From the IMG/VR virus record IMGVR_UViG_3300012983_000003, positions 1-64,000 of that record: a DNA stretch of 64,000 nt; one strand, written 5' to 3'. Each line of letters begins with the position of its first letter. The stretch's first letter is position 1. This document shows, one piece after another, positions 16,759-25,789 of this stretch. The position numbers and the translations under genes are program-made. Below the pieces are notes generated by a model. The model was given only the letters and a program-made list of their open reading frames with translations. It did no database searches and had not been told where the DNA came from. Source of the DNA: a virus. Lineage: Duplodnaviria; Heunggongvirae; Uroviricota; Caudoviricetes.

Positions 16759-17229
16759 CTTAATTAGTCAGAAATGGCTAATTAACCACTTAGAAATCGG
16801 TTAATATGTCAAGTTTGACTAATTAACCAAATCTCCTCATTTTGATATTGGTGCTACGAAGCGCTCACTGATTATGTGATTTGAAAGTCAGTAGTTGAAA
16901 CAGACTGTAAGCGGCAGAACGCAGTAGTAAATGGAGTTTGATGAACAGCCAATGTCTATAACGCATAAGGGTCTGCGGATGTCATAGACTTATGCGGCAA
17001 CGAAAGTTGTAACAGACCGTTTAATAAACGCCATTGACATCAAAACGGGAGCAAATTCCAACCTTTAGTATTTTTGAGGTTAAGATGTGCGGCTGACTGA
17101 CCTAAGAGCTCATAGTTTTATTGCCGAGGTTTGTTGTTTTCCCTCGGCATCTCCTTTCTTTAACGAGCCCATCGTGGTTGTTTTATGGTGGGCTCGTTTT
17201 CTAAAAATCTAATCAGGAGGTAAACGGCA

Positions 17230-17955
17230 ATGTCAGTAATTTGTCCTCATTGCAATAGTAGTTTTGAGTTGATGCCTATGGAAGAAATCATCAACCCTAC
17301 ATTAACAATTTCTCGCAAAATCAAAGAGCGTAGTTCTTGGGAAGAAATTGCTGATGTTATCAATCGCGGTGAAGCACGCAGATTGTTTGACATTGGTGAC
17401 TCTATCTCCTGTACGCTTAAAAATGGTAAAGATGTGAACTTCATCATTACCGCAATCAACCCATACCAACCTAATCAGGTGGCTTTTGAGTTTGCAGACC
17501 TGCTCCCTGATACAAAGGTTATGAACAATCGTAACACTAACCGTGGCGGTTGGGCAATGTCAGCGATGAAAGAGTATATGAAAGAAGTATTTGCTCTACT
17601 TCCTGACGATTTACAGAAAGTAATTGTTCCCAGAAAGATTACCCAGAAGTTAAGCGACGGTTCACAGAATTCTTCTGAAGATAACTATTTGTGGCTTCGT
17701 TCAATGACTGAGAGTGGTCGAAAGTATGAGGCTGATATTGACGACGTACCTTTCCCTTTCTTTACTGGAGAGAAAAGTCGAGTTAAAGAACTTGAGGGTA
17801 ATGGAACATATTACTATTGGTTGCGTTCGCCTTATATTGGTAGCACCACTTACTTCTGGTATGTTTACGACAGTGGTAACGTCAGCCACTACAACGCCAA
17901 CACCTCGGGTGGCGTTTGCCCCTGCTTCTTTATCGGTGGGGAGCCTAACGCATAG
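17230..17955 (+). CDS. Hypothetical protein with N-terminal zinc ribbon
   Basis: CPHCNSSF...; AGGAGG RBS. Confidence 0.45.
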   Translation: MSVICPHCNSSFELMPMEEIINPTLTISRKIKERSSWEEIADVINRGEARRLFDIGDSISCTLKNGKDVNFIITAINPYQPNQVAFEFADLLPDTKVMNNRNTNRGGWAMSAMKEYMKEVFALLPDDLQKVIVPRKITQKLSDGSQNSSEDNYLWLRSMTESGRKYEADIDDVPFPFFTGEKSRVKELEGNGTYYYWLRSPYIGSTTYFWYVYDSGNVSHYNANTSGGVCPCFFIGGEPNA

Positions 17956-18012
17956 TTTCGCGTAGCCATAATAATTATCTGGCGGCTTGCCCGCCAAGAG
18001 CTTAGGAGAATA

Positions 18013-18378
18013 ATGATGAAGAAAATAATTGCAACAATCATCTTAGTGCTTATGCTTGTGTTATGCCTTAGCGGTTGCGGTAAAGAAACTAAAGATGTAG
18101 TAACAACATACGACATTGTGATGGGAAAATACACATCTTTTGTTGATGGTGTTTTTGATAAAGAGTTAGAAGAAACTCTTGAGATTACCTATATCGATAA
18201 AGACGGTAAGTATGTTACCGATAGTATCGACCCGTCATTCCGACTTGATTTCGGCGACGAAAACAAAGTGCTGTTTACTAACGAAGACAGTTTTTGGGGA
18301 TATAAAGATTATGTCCTAACCAAAGAAGCATATAACAAAATCGTTTCTTCTTCGCCGATGGTTGTAGATATCGAATAA
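18013..18378 (+). CDS. Putative lipoprotein (lipobox LSGC)
   Basis: MMKKIIATIILVLMLVLCLSGCGKE. Confidence 0.5.
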   Translation: MMKKIIATIILVLMLVLCLSGCGKETKDVVTTYDIVMGKYTSFVDGVFDKELEETLEITYIDKDGKYVTDSIDPSFRLDFGDENKVLFTNEDSFWGYKDYVLTKEAYNKIVSSSPMVVDIE

Positions 18379-18379
18379 T

Positions 18380-19100
18380 AAATGTTTAAAACGGTGCGGT
18401 TTTTATGAAACTGTCAAATGTCCATCAAAGAGGAAAGCAGCCGTCAGCGTCCCCGTATGTAGATTGATTGAATGATACTTTTACACTTTTGTTATACATA
18501 AATCAGCCAATCACTTCTTGCTGTCAGCAGAAGTTCCAATTTGTAAGTTACGCTCTATTCGTTAGAAATAATTAGCCTTCCGTGCGATGCTTCGACATCG
18601 CACTTCCGCTATTTATTTCTAACCACCGACTGAAAATAGCCTACTTTTAAAAGTTGCGCAGGGCGCTCCTTTTAAAAGCATCAATTTTCAGCGGTGCCGA
18701 GCGACGCTACGGCATTTGCTTGGGCTACCTCAAGCTTGACGCCCATAGCAAACGGATACGGGGACAAAATCTGATATTTCAGCGCGACTATATAAGTATT
18801 CTCTGCAATATGAGATAACTTTGAACCGCGCTTTAATATACCCACAATGTAGATTGATTATCTTTCTTTTGAATTTTATTCGTTATACATAAACGATAAT
18901 CGCTTCTTACTGACAGTAGAAGTTGCGAAATGTTAGAGGTTCCTCGCGTGTCTCATCAACGAGATGTCACACGAGGCTTATTGCGCACGAGGCGCAAACA
19001 GCCACGAGTAACATCCCTATGATGAGACTACTAATCTCGCTCTCGCTCGTGCATAGATTTAACTCTTCACCGAAGAGTAAATCTACAGGATTGTGGGTAA
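18380..19100 (+). other. Structured non-coding island: two copies of the tgtagattgatt / gttatacataaa / hairpin module, nested inverted repeats
   Basis: No credible ORF; IR gttagaaataa/ttatttctaac around the gtgcgatg..catcgcac stem; palindromic cttttaaaag x2. Confidence 0.4.
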
Positions 19101-19108
19101 TAATATAT

Positions 19109-19184
19109 GCCTATGTAGCTCAGATGGATATGAGCAGCCACGCACAGAGTGGTATGCCGTGGGTTCGAGTCCCACTATAGGCGA
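19109..19184 (+). tRNA. tRNA-like gene with unusual anticodon loop gcacaga (anticodon ACA?; C at position 33)
   Basis: Acceptor, D, T (gtggg-ttcgagt-cccac) arms fold; anticodon stem gccac/gtggt. Confidence 0.5.
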
Positions 19185-19244
19185 TAACGCTTAAGGCGGA
19201 AGTACAACGACCTAAGCTGACACTCGGGAAAGACCGGGGTGCAC

Positions 19245-19320
19245 GCTGGTGTAGCTCAGTTGGTAGAGCACGTGATTTGTAATCTCGGGGTCGCAGGTTC
19301 GAGTCCTGTCTCCAGCTCCA
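19245..19320 (+). tRNA. tRNA-Thr (anticodon TGT), CCA encoded
   Basis: gtagctcagttggtagagc D-arm, loop tttgtaa, T-arm gcagg-ttcgagt-cctgt. Confidence 0.7.
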
Positions 19321-19345
19321 AAATAAACAATAAGTGGGTGAAACA

Positions 19346-19813
19346 ATGATTAAACACATTAAGGGCGATATTTTTCAGAGCAACGCAGATGTAATTCTCC
19401 ACCAAGTAAATTGCCAAGGCGTAATGGGTAGCGGAGTTGCAAAGCAGGTACGCGAGAAATATCCGTGGGTTTTCGGTTACTACAAACATCTTTGCGATGA
19501 CGCAAAGAAACTTCCAAACGGGACAAAATCCTTGCTCGGTGTCTCGCAGTTCATATTCATTGACGAAACGAGACAAATCGGTAATCTGTTTGCCCAAGAC
19601 CGTTTTGGATACGATGGTAAGTGCTACTCTGACTATGAAGCATTAAAGAAATGCTTGACATATGTCAAGTTGAAGTTTGATGGCAAAAAGATTGCCATTC
19701 CGTATTTAATGGCTTGTCACAGAGGCGGCGGAGATTGGAATACGGTTTATAAAATCATTGAAGAAACACTCGCTGGTTGCGATGTTACTTTATACGAATA
19801 CAACGGAGGTTGA
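19346..19813 (+). CDS. Macro-domain protein (ADP-ribose binding/processing)
   Basis: GDIFQSNADVILHQVNCQGVMGSGVA is the macro-domain signature. Confidence 0.75.
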   Translation: MIKHIKGDIFQSNADVILHQVNCQGVMGSGVAKQVREKYPWVFGYYKHLCDDAKKLPNGTKSLLGVSQFIFIDETRQIGNLFAQDRFGYDGKCYSDYEALKKCLTYVKLKFDGKKIAIPYLMACHRGGGDWNTVYKIIEETLAGCDVTLYEYNGG

Positions 19814-19815
19814 GT

Positions 19816-20349
19816 ATGAAAACGCTGATTGTTATTGATATGCAGAATGACTTTGTTACCGGTGCTCTCGGTTCCAAAGAAGCAGTTGCAATTCTGCCCA
19901 ATGTAAAGAAGAAAATTGAAGAGTATGTTGCCGCAGGTGACGAGGTAATTTTCACTCGTGATACTCACGGCGAACAGTATCTCGAAACTAATGAGGGTAA
20001 ACATCTCCCTGTTCCTCACTGTATTAAGAATACAGAGGGTTGGAATGTTGTTCCCGAGATTGATATTCCCGACCGCGAACATATTGATAAGCCCACATTC
20101 GGTTATACAGGCTGGACTTTCTTGCGTGACGGCGACAGAGTGATGGGAATGAGAAACCTCACCGATGTAGAAATCATTGGTGTTTGCACAGATATTTGTG
20201 TGGTTTCCAACGCTCTTATCCTTAAGGCTTTCTATCCTGAAATCAACATTACGGTTGATGCAAGTTGCTGTGCCGGTGTAACACCCGAGTCACATCAGGC
20301 AGCATTAGCGACTATGAAGTCTTGCCAAATCAATGTAATCGGAGAGTGA
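19816..20349 (+). CDS. pncA: Isochorismatase-family nicotinamidase (PncA-like)
   Basis: LIVIDMQNDF start; isochorismatase-fold pattern. Confidence 0.65.
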   Translation: MKTLIVIDMQNDFVTGALGSKEAVAILPNVKKKIEEYVAAGDEVIFTRDTHGEQYLETNEGKHLPVPHCIKNTEGWNVVPEIDIPDREHIDKPTFGYTGWTFLRDGDRVMGMRNLTDVEIIGVCTDICVVSNALILKAFYPEINITVDASCCAGVTPESHQAALATMKSCQINVIGE

Positions 20350-20353
20350 TTAA

Positions 20354-21151
20354 ATGATTAAACTCAATGGTACACCCGTTGAAATTAACAAATTTCCCGA
20401 CGGCACACTTTTAATGAAGCAGGAATACAGTGAAGCACAGCTCGATGTAATCGACTGGAGATTTCAGAACAACGAAGAGCTTGTCGCGTTGTATTTCTTA
20501 ACTAATCATCTTCGTGATAGTGGTGCAAAAAATATCGAGTTAAGAATGTGGTATATCCCTAACGCAAGACAGGACAGGGTTAAAAAGTCTGAAGATATTT
20601 TCACCCTGAAATACTTTGCAAAGTTTATCAACTCATTAAAATTCAACAAAGTTCGTGTGTTAGACCCTCACTCCTCTGTATCGGGAGCGCTGTTTGATAA
20701 TCTTCACGAGGGTAAGCCCGAGTTCCTCATTGCCGAGGTTTATGACAGAGTTTCCGAAATTGTGGGTAGCGAAGAGACAATTATGTTCTATCCAGACGAG
20801 GGCGCTATGAAGCGTTACTCTGGTATGATTTCTAAGCCGTATGCGTTTGGTATCAAGGAACGCGACTGGTCTTCGGGTCAAATTAGAGGTCTCTCTGTCT
20901 TTGGAGAAGATATTGTTAAGGGTCGCAACATTTTGATTGTTGATGATATTAGCAGTAGAGGTGGTACATTCTACCATAGCGCCAAGAAGCTTAAAGAACT
21001 TGGAGCAGAAAGAATTTTCCTCTTTGTAAGCCATTGCGAAAACACAATCCTTGAGGGTGAGGTTTTGTCCAGTGGTTTGATTGAAAGAGTTTATACAACC
21101 GACAGTCTGTTTACAGCAGAACACGAGAAAATTGAGGTGATTGAAATATGA
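20354..21151 (+). CDS. Ribose-phosphate pyrophosphokinase (Prs)-family enzyme; possibly an ADP-ribose pyrophosphokinase of an NAD-reconstitution pathway
   Basis: YIPNARQDR, VRVLDPHSS and ILIVDDISSRGGT align with Prs motifs. Confidence 0.65.
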   Translation: MIKLNGTPVEINKFPDGTLLMKQEYSEAQLDVIDWRFQNNEELVALYFLTNHLRDSGAKNIELRMWYIPNARQDRVKKSEDIFTLKYFAKFINSLKFNKVRVLDPHSSVSGALFDNLHEGKPEFLIAEVYDRVSEIVGSEETIMFYPDEGAMKRYSGMISKPYAFGIKERDWSSGQIRGLSVFGEDIVKGRNILIVDDISSRGGTFYHSAKKLKELGAERIFLFVSHCENTILEGEVLSSGLIERVYTTDSLFTAEHEKIEVIEI

Positions 21152-22629
21152 GAACAAATCCTATGCTTTTGATTGACTTCTATAAAGCAGTTCACGCTGA
21201 AATGCTCCCAAAGGGCATCACGAAGTCTGTATCTTATTACACCCCTCGAATGAGTCGTGTTAAACGCTGGGATAAGGTTGTTATGTTCGGTTTACAGGGC
21301 TTTATTAAGACTTATCTCATTGATTATTTCAATGAGTATTTCTTCAAGAGACCGTTTGCCGATGTGATGTTTGAGTACAAAAGAGTTATGGATGCTTCGC
21401 TTGGCGAGGACACCTATAATATCGGTAAGATTATCAATCTTCATAAACTTGGATATCTTCCTATCGAAATCGTGGCTCTTCCCGAGGGTACAAGAGTGCC
21501 TATCCACTGCCCGATGTTCGGTATTACCAATACTCACCCCGATTTTGCTTGGCTCCCACAGGCTCTTGAGAGTTTAATCTCCGCTGAGACTTGGCATCCC
21601 CAACTCGCCGCAACAGTCGGTTACACCTACCGCGAAATCGTAAATCATTATTATGATTTAACTTGTGACGACAATATTCCGAGAGCAAGAGCTCTTGGTG
21701 CTTTTGACTTCCGCGGTGAAGAGTGTCTTGAGTCTGCTGTTAAGGCTGGTGCTGGTTGGTGTTTATCTTTCTTAAATACCGCCACCGTGCCTGTAATTCC
21801 TTACCTTGAACAGAACTACAACTGTGATTGCACTAAGGAACCCGTGGCTTTCGGTAGTCCGAGCACAGAGCACTCTGTTATGTGCAGTAACTATGCGGTT
21901 GACGGTGATGAAATCACCCTGTTAAGACGCTTACTTACTGAGATTTATCCCAACACAAACTTTTCCGCCGTTCTTGACTCTTATGACTACTGGAACATCA
22001 TTGACAATGTTCTTCCGCAGTTAAAGAAAGAGATTATGGAACACAACGGTTGTATGCTTATGCGTGGCGACTCTGGAGATTGCGTTGAGGTTGTTACCAA
22101 GACTGTTTTCAAGCTTTGGGAACACTTCGGCGGCACTATCAACAGTAAGGGTTATAAGGTTCTTGACCCGCACGTCAAGGCTATTTACGGCGATAGCATT
22201 ACCGTTCAGAGATGCGAAGAAATCTATAAGATTTTAATGGAGAACGGCTTTGCTTGTTCCAATGTTGCTCTCGGTGTTGGTTCGTTCTCGTTCCAGTGTA
22301 TCGAGGAAGACGGCGAACTCAAGCCTTTTACAAGAGATACATTCAGTTCTTGTATTAAGGCAACTTACTGCGAGATTGACGGTAAGCCTACCCCGATTTT
22401 CAAGAACCCCAAAGACGGCGGTTTCAAGAAGTCGCAGAAAGGTTGCTGTGTTGTGGTAGCACGAGGCGATAGTTTTGATTTCGTTGACGGAAGAACTTGG
22501 GACGAAGCCCACGGCTCTGGAAAGAGTGCTGATGTTAACGCACTTAAAACAGTGTTTAAGGACGGCAAGATTGTTAAGGAACAGTCTTTGGCAGAAATCA
22601 GAAAAGTATTACACGGAGGCGAGTTTTAA
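21148..22629 (+). CDS. nadV: Nicotinamide phosphoribosyltransferase (NAMPT/NadV) family enzyme
   Basis: LLIDFYKAVH, LPIEIVALPEG, FDFRGEE, MRGDSGD, KGYKVLDPHVKAIYGDSI match NAMPT. Confidence 0.8.
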   Translation: MRTNPMLLIDFYKAVHAEMLPKGITKSVSYYTPRMSRVKRWDKVVMFGLQGFIKTYLIDYFNEYFFKRPFADVMFEYKRVMDASLGEDTYNIGKIINLHKLGYLPIEIVALPEGTRVPIHCPMFGITNTHPDFAWLPQALESLISAETWHPQLAATVGYTYREIVNHYYDLTCDDNIPRARALGAFDFRGEECLESAVKAGAGWCLSFLNTATVPVIPYLEQNYNCDCTKEPVAFGSPSTEHSVMCSNYAVDGDEITLLRRLLTEIYPNTNFSAVLDSYDYWNIIDNVLPQLKKEIMEHNGCMLMRGDSGDCVEVVTKTVFKLWEHFGGTINSKGYKVLDPHVKAIYGDSITVQRCEEIYKILMENGFACSNVALGVGSFSFQCIEEDGELKPFTRDTFSSCIKATYCEIDGKPTPIFKNPKDGGFKKSQKGCCVVVARGDSFDFVDGRTWDEAHGSGKSADVNALKTVFKDGKIVKEQSLAEIRKVLHGGEF

Positions 22630-22631
22630 TA

Positions 22632-23021
22632 ATGAAAGTATTTTTAGGTGGAACTTGCAGCGGATACAAGTGGCGTGATGATTTAGAGCCAATGCTTAAC
22701 TGTGATTATTATAATCCAATAGTTAAAAATTGGTCTGAAGCCGATAGGCTTAGAGAGGTTCACGAGAGAGAAACTGCGGATTATGTTCTGTATGTTATCA
22801 CATCTGGTATGAAAGGTGTATATTCTATTGCTGAAATCATTGACGACTCAAATAAGCGCCCCGAGAAAACTATCGTTTGTGTTTTATACGATGGTATTGA
22901 CGAGCAGATGTCAAAAAGCCTTAAAGCTACTTTAAATCTTGCTCAGTCAAACGGTGCTACCGTTTTGAACTCATTAAACGATATAGCTGAATTCTTAAAT
23001 AGGATGTGCAGTAATGTTTAA
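22632..23021 (+). CDS. Nucleoside 2-deoxyribosyltransferase-like protein
   Basis: KVFLGGTCSG... resembles the N-deoxyribosyltransferase fold start; weak. Confidence 0.4.
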   Translation: MKVFLGGTCSGYKWRDDLEPMLNCDYYNPIVKNWSEADRLREVHERETADYVLYVITSGMKGVYSIAEIIDDSNKRPEKTIVCVLYDGIDEQMSKSLKATLNLAQSNGATVLNSLNDIAEFLNRMCSNV

Positions 23022-23745
23022 TGCAAAGAAAGTAACTCAGGACTGTATTCAGTGGATAAGAGACTGGTTTGAGGTTAATGGTCAAGGTTGTAACGCTGTC
23101 ATCGGCATCTCGGGTGGTAAGGACAGTTCGGTCGTAGCCGCACTGTGTGTCGAAGCACTTGGTAAAGATAGAGTTTTCGGCGTGTTAATGCCAAACGGCG
23201 AGCAGGCTGATATTGACAGTGCTTATGCCTTGGTAAATTACTTAGAAATTAACAGCACAGTCGTGAATATTCAGGACGCTTATTACGGTGTTATCAACAA
23301 CATTGATTTGCCTCTTATTTCCAACCAGACCAAGATTAACTTACCTTGCAGACTCCGTATGTCAGTTCTTTATGCGGTGTCTCAAAGCATTAACGGTAGA
23401 GTTGCCAACACTTGCAACCTCTCGGAAGACTGGATTGGTTACTCCACTCGCTACGGAGACTCCGTTGGTGACTTCAGTCCATTAAGTGACTTAACAGTTA
23501 CCGAGGTTCGAGCAATCGGACACGCTCTTGGTTTACCCGCCGAGCTTGTTGATAAGGTTCCTACGGATGGTTTGTGTGGTGCTACAGACGAAGACCACTT
23601 CGGCTTTACATACGAGGTCTTGGATAAATATATTAGAACTCGTGAGATTGACGATGAAGACACTCAAAATCGCATAGATGAACTTCATCGCAAAAACTTG
23701 TTTAAATTACAACCTATGCCCAAGTTTCATTATAAAGGGTGGTGA
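23014..23745 (+). CDS. nadE: NH3-dependent NAD+ synthetase (NadE), PP-loop ATPase
   Basis: GISGGKDSSVVAALC PP-loop. Confidence 0.75.
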   Translation: MFNAKKVTQDCIQWIRDWFEVNGQGCNAVIGISGGKDSSVVAALCVEALGKDRVFGVLMPNGEQADIDSAYALVNYLEINSTVVNIQDAYYGVINNIDLPLISNQTKINLPCRLRMSVLYAVSQSINGRVANTCNLSEDWIGYSTRYGDSVGDFSPLSDLTVTEVRAIGHALGLPAELVDKVPTDGLCGATDEDHFGFTYEVLDKYIRTREIDDEDTQNRIDELHRKNLFKLQPMPKFHYKGW

Positions 23746-23750
23746 GAACG

Positions 23751-24065
23751 ATGTTTGAAATTAAAAAGGTTAAGAACTACCGACAGTTCGCAGAGCTTCT
23801 CGAAAAAGAAACTGGCTGTAGTATTCTCGTGCGTCCTATGACCAAAGACGGCGAACACACTCATTATCAGATGAATGACAGGTTTGGTATGAGCCTTGGC
23901 GTCCTATGTGTTGACGATGGGTATGCTTCTTTTGCTCCATTTGAAACCTTAGAGTCTGCTGAAAACAATCAATATATTAACATCAACCATTTAACACAGA
24001 CCGAAGACTTTATCAAGGTAATGTCTGTGCTTGGTAAGATTTTTGTAACAGATAATAACGAATAA
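23751..24065 (+). CDS. Hypothetical protein
   Basis: ORF. Confidence 0.4.
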   Translation: MFEIKKVKNYRQFAELLEKETGCSILVRPMTKDGEHTHYQMNDRFGMSLGVLCVDDGYASFAPFETLESAENNQYININHLTQTEDFIKVMSVLGKIFVTDNNE

Positions 24066-24079
24066 GGAGAGTGATAAAT

Positions 24080-25360
24080 ATGGGATATACAGATATTTTA
24101 GTTCTGCAAGCCATTACCGGTGCAAATGATAAGCAAAAGTTTATCAAAGACCACGCTGGTGATGAAAACTTCAGGAACTTCCTGTATTACGCTCTTAATC
24201 CTTTGCTCTCATACAATCTTTCCGAAGCAACTTTGCGAAAGGAAGATACTTCGGTTCCGAATACAGGATACCGTCCCTTTAAAGACATCTTCGAGTGTTG
24301 CGAATACCTCTCCAGATTGCGTGGGTTGGATGATGCAACTGTAAGGCAGATAAAGATGTTCTTATATGCAACACCCGAGGATGCTCGGGAGTTATACATA
24401 AAACTCCTTTCTAAAACCTTGCGTCTTGGTGTAACAGCCAAGACGGTTAATAAGGTTATTCCAAACTTAATTCCTGAGTGGGAAATTCAGCAGGCTTACC
24501 CGATTGAAAAGTACCCGATTAAGAAAGGCACTTACTTCTGGTTGAGTCAAAAACTCAACGGTACAAGAGCGACATATTACAACGGTAAGTTAGTTGCTCG
24601 TAGCGGTAGTGCTTATACAGGTCTCGACCATATCACTGAAGAGTTGAAATGGACAGAGGGACGAGGAATTGTTTTGGATGGCGAACTCACTTTGAAAGAT
24701 GAGTTCCGCGAGGGTCTCTCAGACAACGAAGCTTTCCGTAAAGCAACAGGTATTATTAACAGCGATGAAAGTGTGAATAAAACGATGATTTGCTTCACAG
24801 TTTTTGATGTAATTCCTGTTTCTGATTTCGAGAGCCCAAAACCCTCAGTCAACTACTCAGCCCGTAGGGGACTGTTAGACAATCTCTCAGAGCTTCTCCC
24901 GAAAGACGGCTCTGTTAAAATATTGCCCACGCTTTATCACGGAACTGACTTATCCAAAATAGATGAGTTGCTTAACCAGATGGTTGCCGAAGATAAAGAA
25001 GGGCTGATGGCTAATCTCGATGTTCCGTATAGACGAACCCGTCATAACGGCATCTTAAAAATCAAGAGGTTCTATACAATGGACTTGCCTATTATTCGTG
25101 TGGAAGCAGGAACTGGCAGACTTGATGGGACTCTTGGTGCTTTTGTACTCCAATACGAAAACAATGAGGTAAAGGTTGGTTCTGGTTTTACAGACGGACA
25201 ACGAGCTGAATACTGGGCTAACCGCGACGCTCTCGTCGGTACATTGTGTGAGGTTAAGTACAAAGAAGTTTCCAGTGATAAGAAAACTGGATTAAAGAGT
25301 TTGCAATTCCCTGTGTTTGTTCGTTTAAGAGACGATAAAACAGAGGTTAGTTACGGTTAA
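24080..25360 (+). CDS. ATP-dependent DNA (or RNA) ligase, nucleotidyltransferase superfamily
   Basis: Motif I variant KLNGTR; C-terminal OB motif VI FPVFVRLRDDK. Confidence 0.65.
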   Translation: MGYTDILVLQAITGANDKQKFIKDHAGDENFRNFLYYALNPLLSYNLSEATLRKEDTSVPNTGYRPFKDIFECCEYLSRLRGLDDATVRQIKMFLYATPEDARELYIKLLSKTLRLGVTAKTVNKVIPNLIPEWEIQQAYPIEKYPIKKGTYFWLSQKLNGTRATYYNGKLVARSGSAYTGLDHITEELKWTEGRGIVLDGELTLKDEFREGLSDNEAFRKATGIINSDESVNKTMICFTVFDVIPVSDFESPKPSVNYSARRGLLDNLSELLPKDGSVKILPTLYHGTDLSKIDELLNQMVAEDKEGLMANLDVPYRRTRHNGILKIKRFYTMDLPIIRVEAGTGRLDGTLGAFVLQYENNEVKVGSGFTDGQRAEYWANRDALVGTLCEVKYKEVSSDKKTGLKSLQFPVFVRLRDDKTEVSYG

Positions 25361-25379
25361 CGGTAAGGAGATGATTTAT

Positions 25380-25766
25380 ATGTCGGATAAACCACAGTTT
25401 TCGGTTTGCCTAAGTAATTTTCTAAATCTAATTACGGAAGCACAGAGAGATTACCAGTGGAATTACGACGAAGTAAATCGTCTCGACCGCTTAACTCAGG
25501 ATTATTTACACCAACTCGAACTCGATGGTCTTGATTACAGAGGCAGAGCGAAAGTTGCTACGCAAATTAAAGATTGTCGTCAACTTCGCAGGGCTTCAAA
25601 AGATACAGTTGAGGTCTTAGAGCCACTGATGGAATTTATCAATAGCGATAAGGGTAAAAACTTATTAAACCTATTGAGAGAAACCCTTGGCAAGACCAGA
25701 CGAGCCGAGCAATATATGGAAACCCGCAGTTATAGACGCAGGGTTCTCCAAGACGACGAAACATAA
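25380..25766 (+). CDS. Hypothetical protein
   Basis: ORF with AAGGAG RBS. Confidence 0.4.
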   Translation: MSDKPQFSVCLSNFLNLITEAQRDYQWNYDEVNRLDRLTQDYLHQLELDGLDYRGRAKVATQIKDCRQLRRASKDTVEVLEPLMEFINSDKGKNLLNLLRETLGKTRRAEQYMETRSYRRRVLQDDET

Positions 25767-25789
25767 ATTCCTGTAATGAAAATCGTCAT

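Noticed and set aside
19120-19597. Minus-strand ORFs 19120-19359 and 19256-19597 (79 and 113 aa)
   Set aside because: They overlap the two plus-strand tRNA genes and the start of the macro-domain gene; spurious reading frames.
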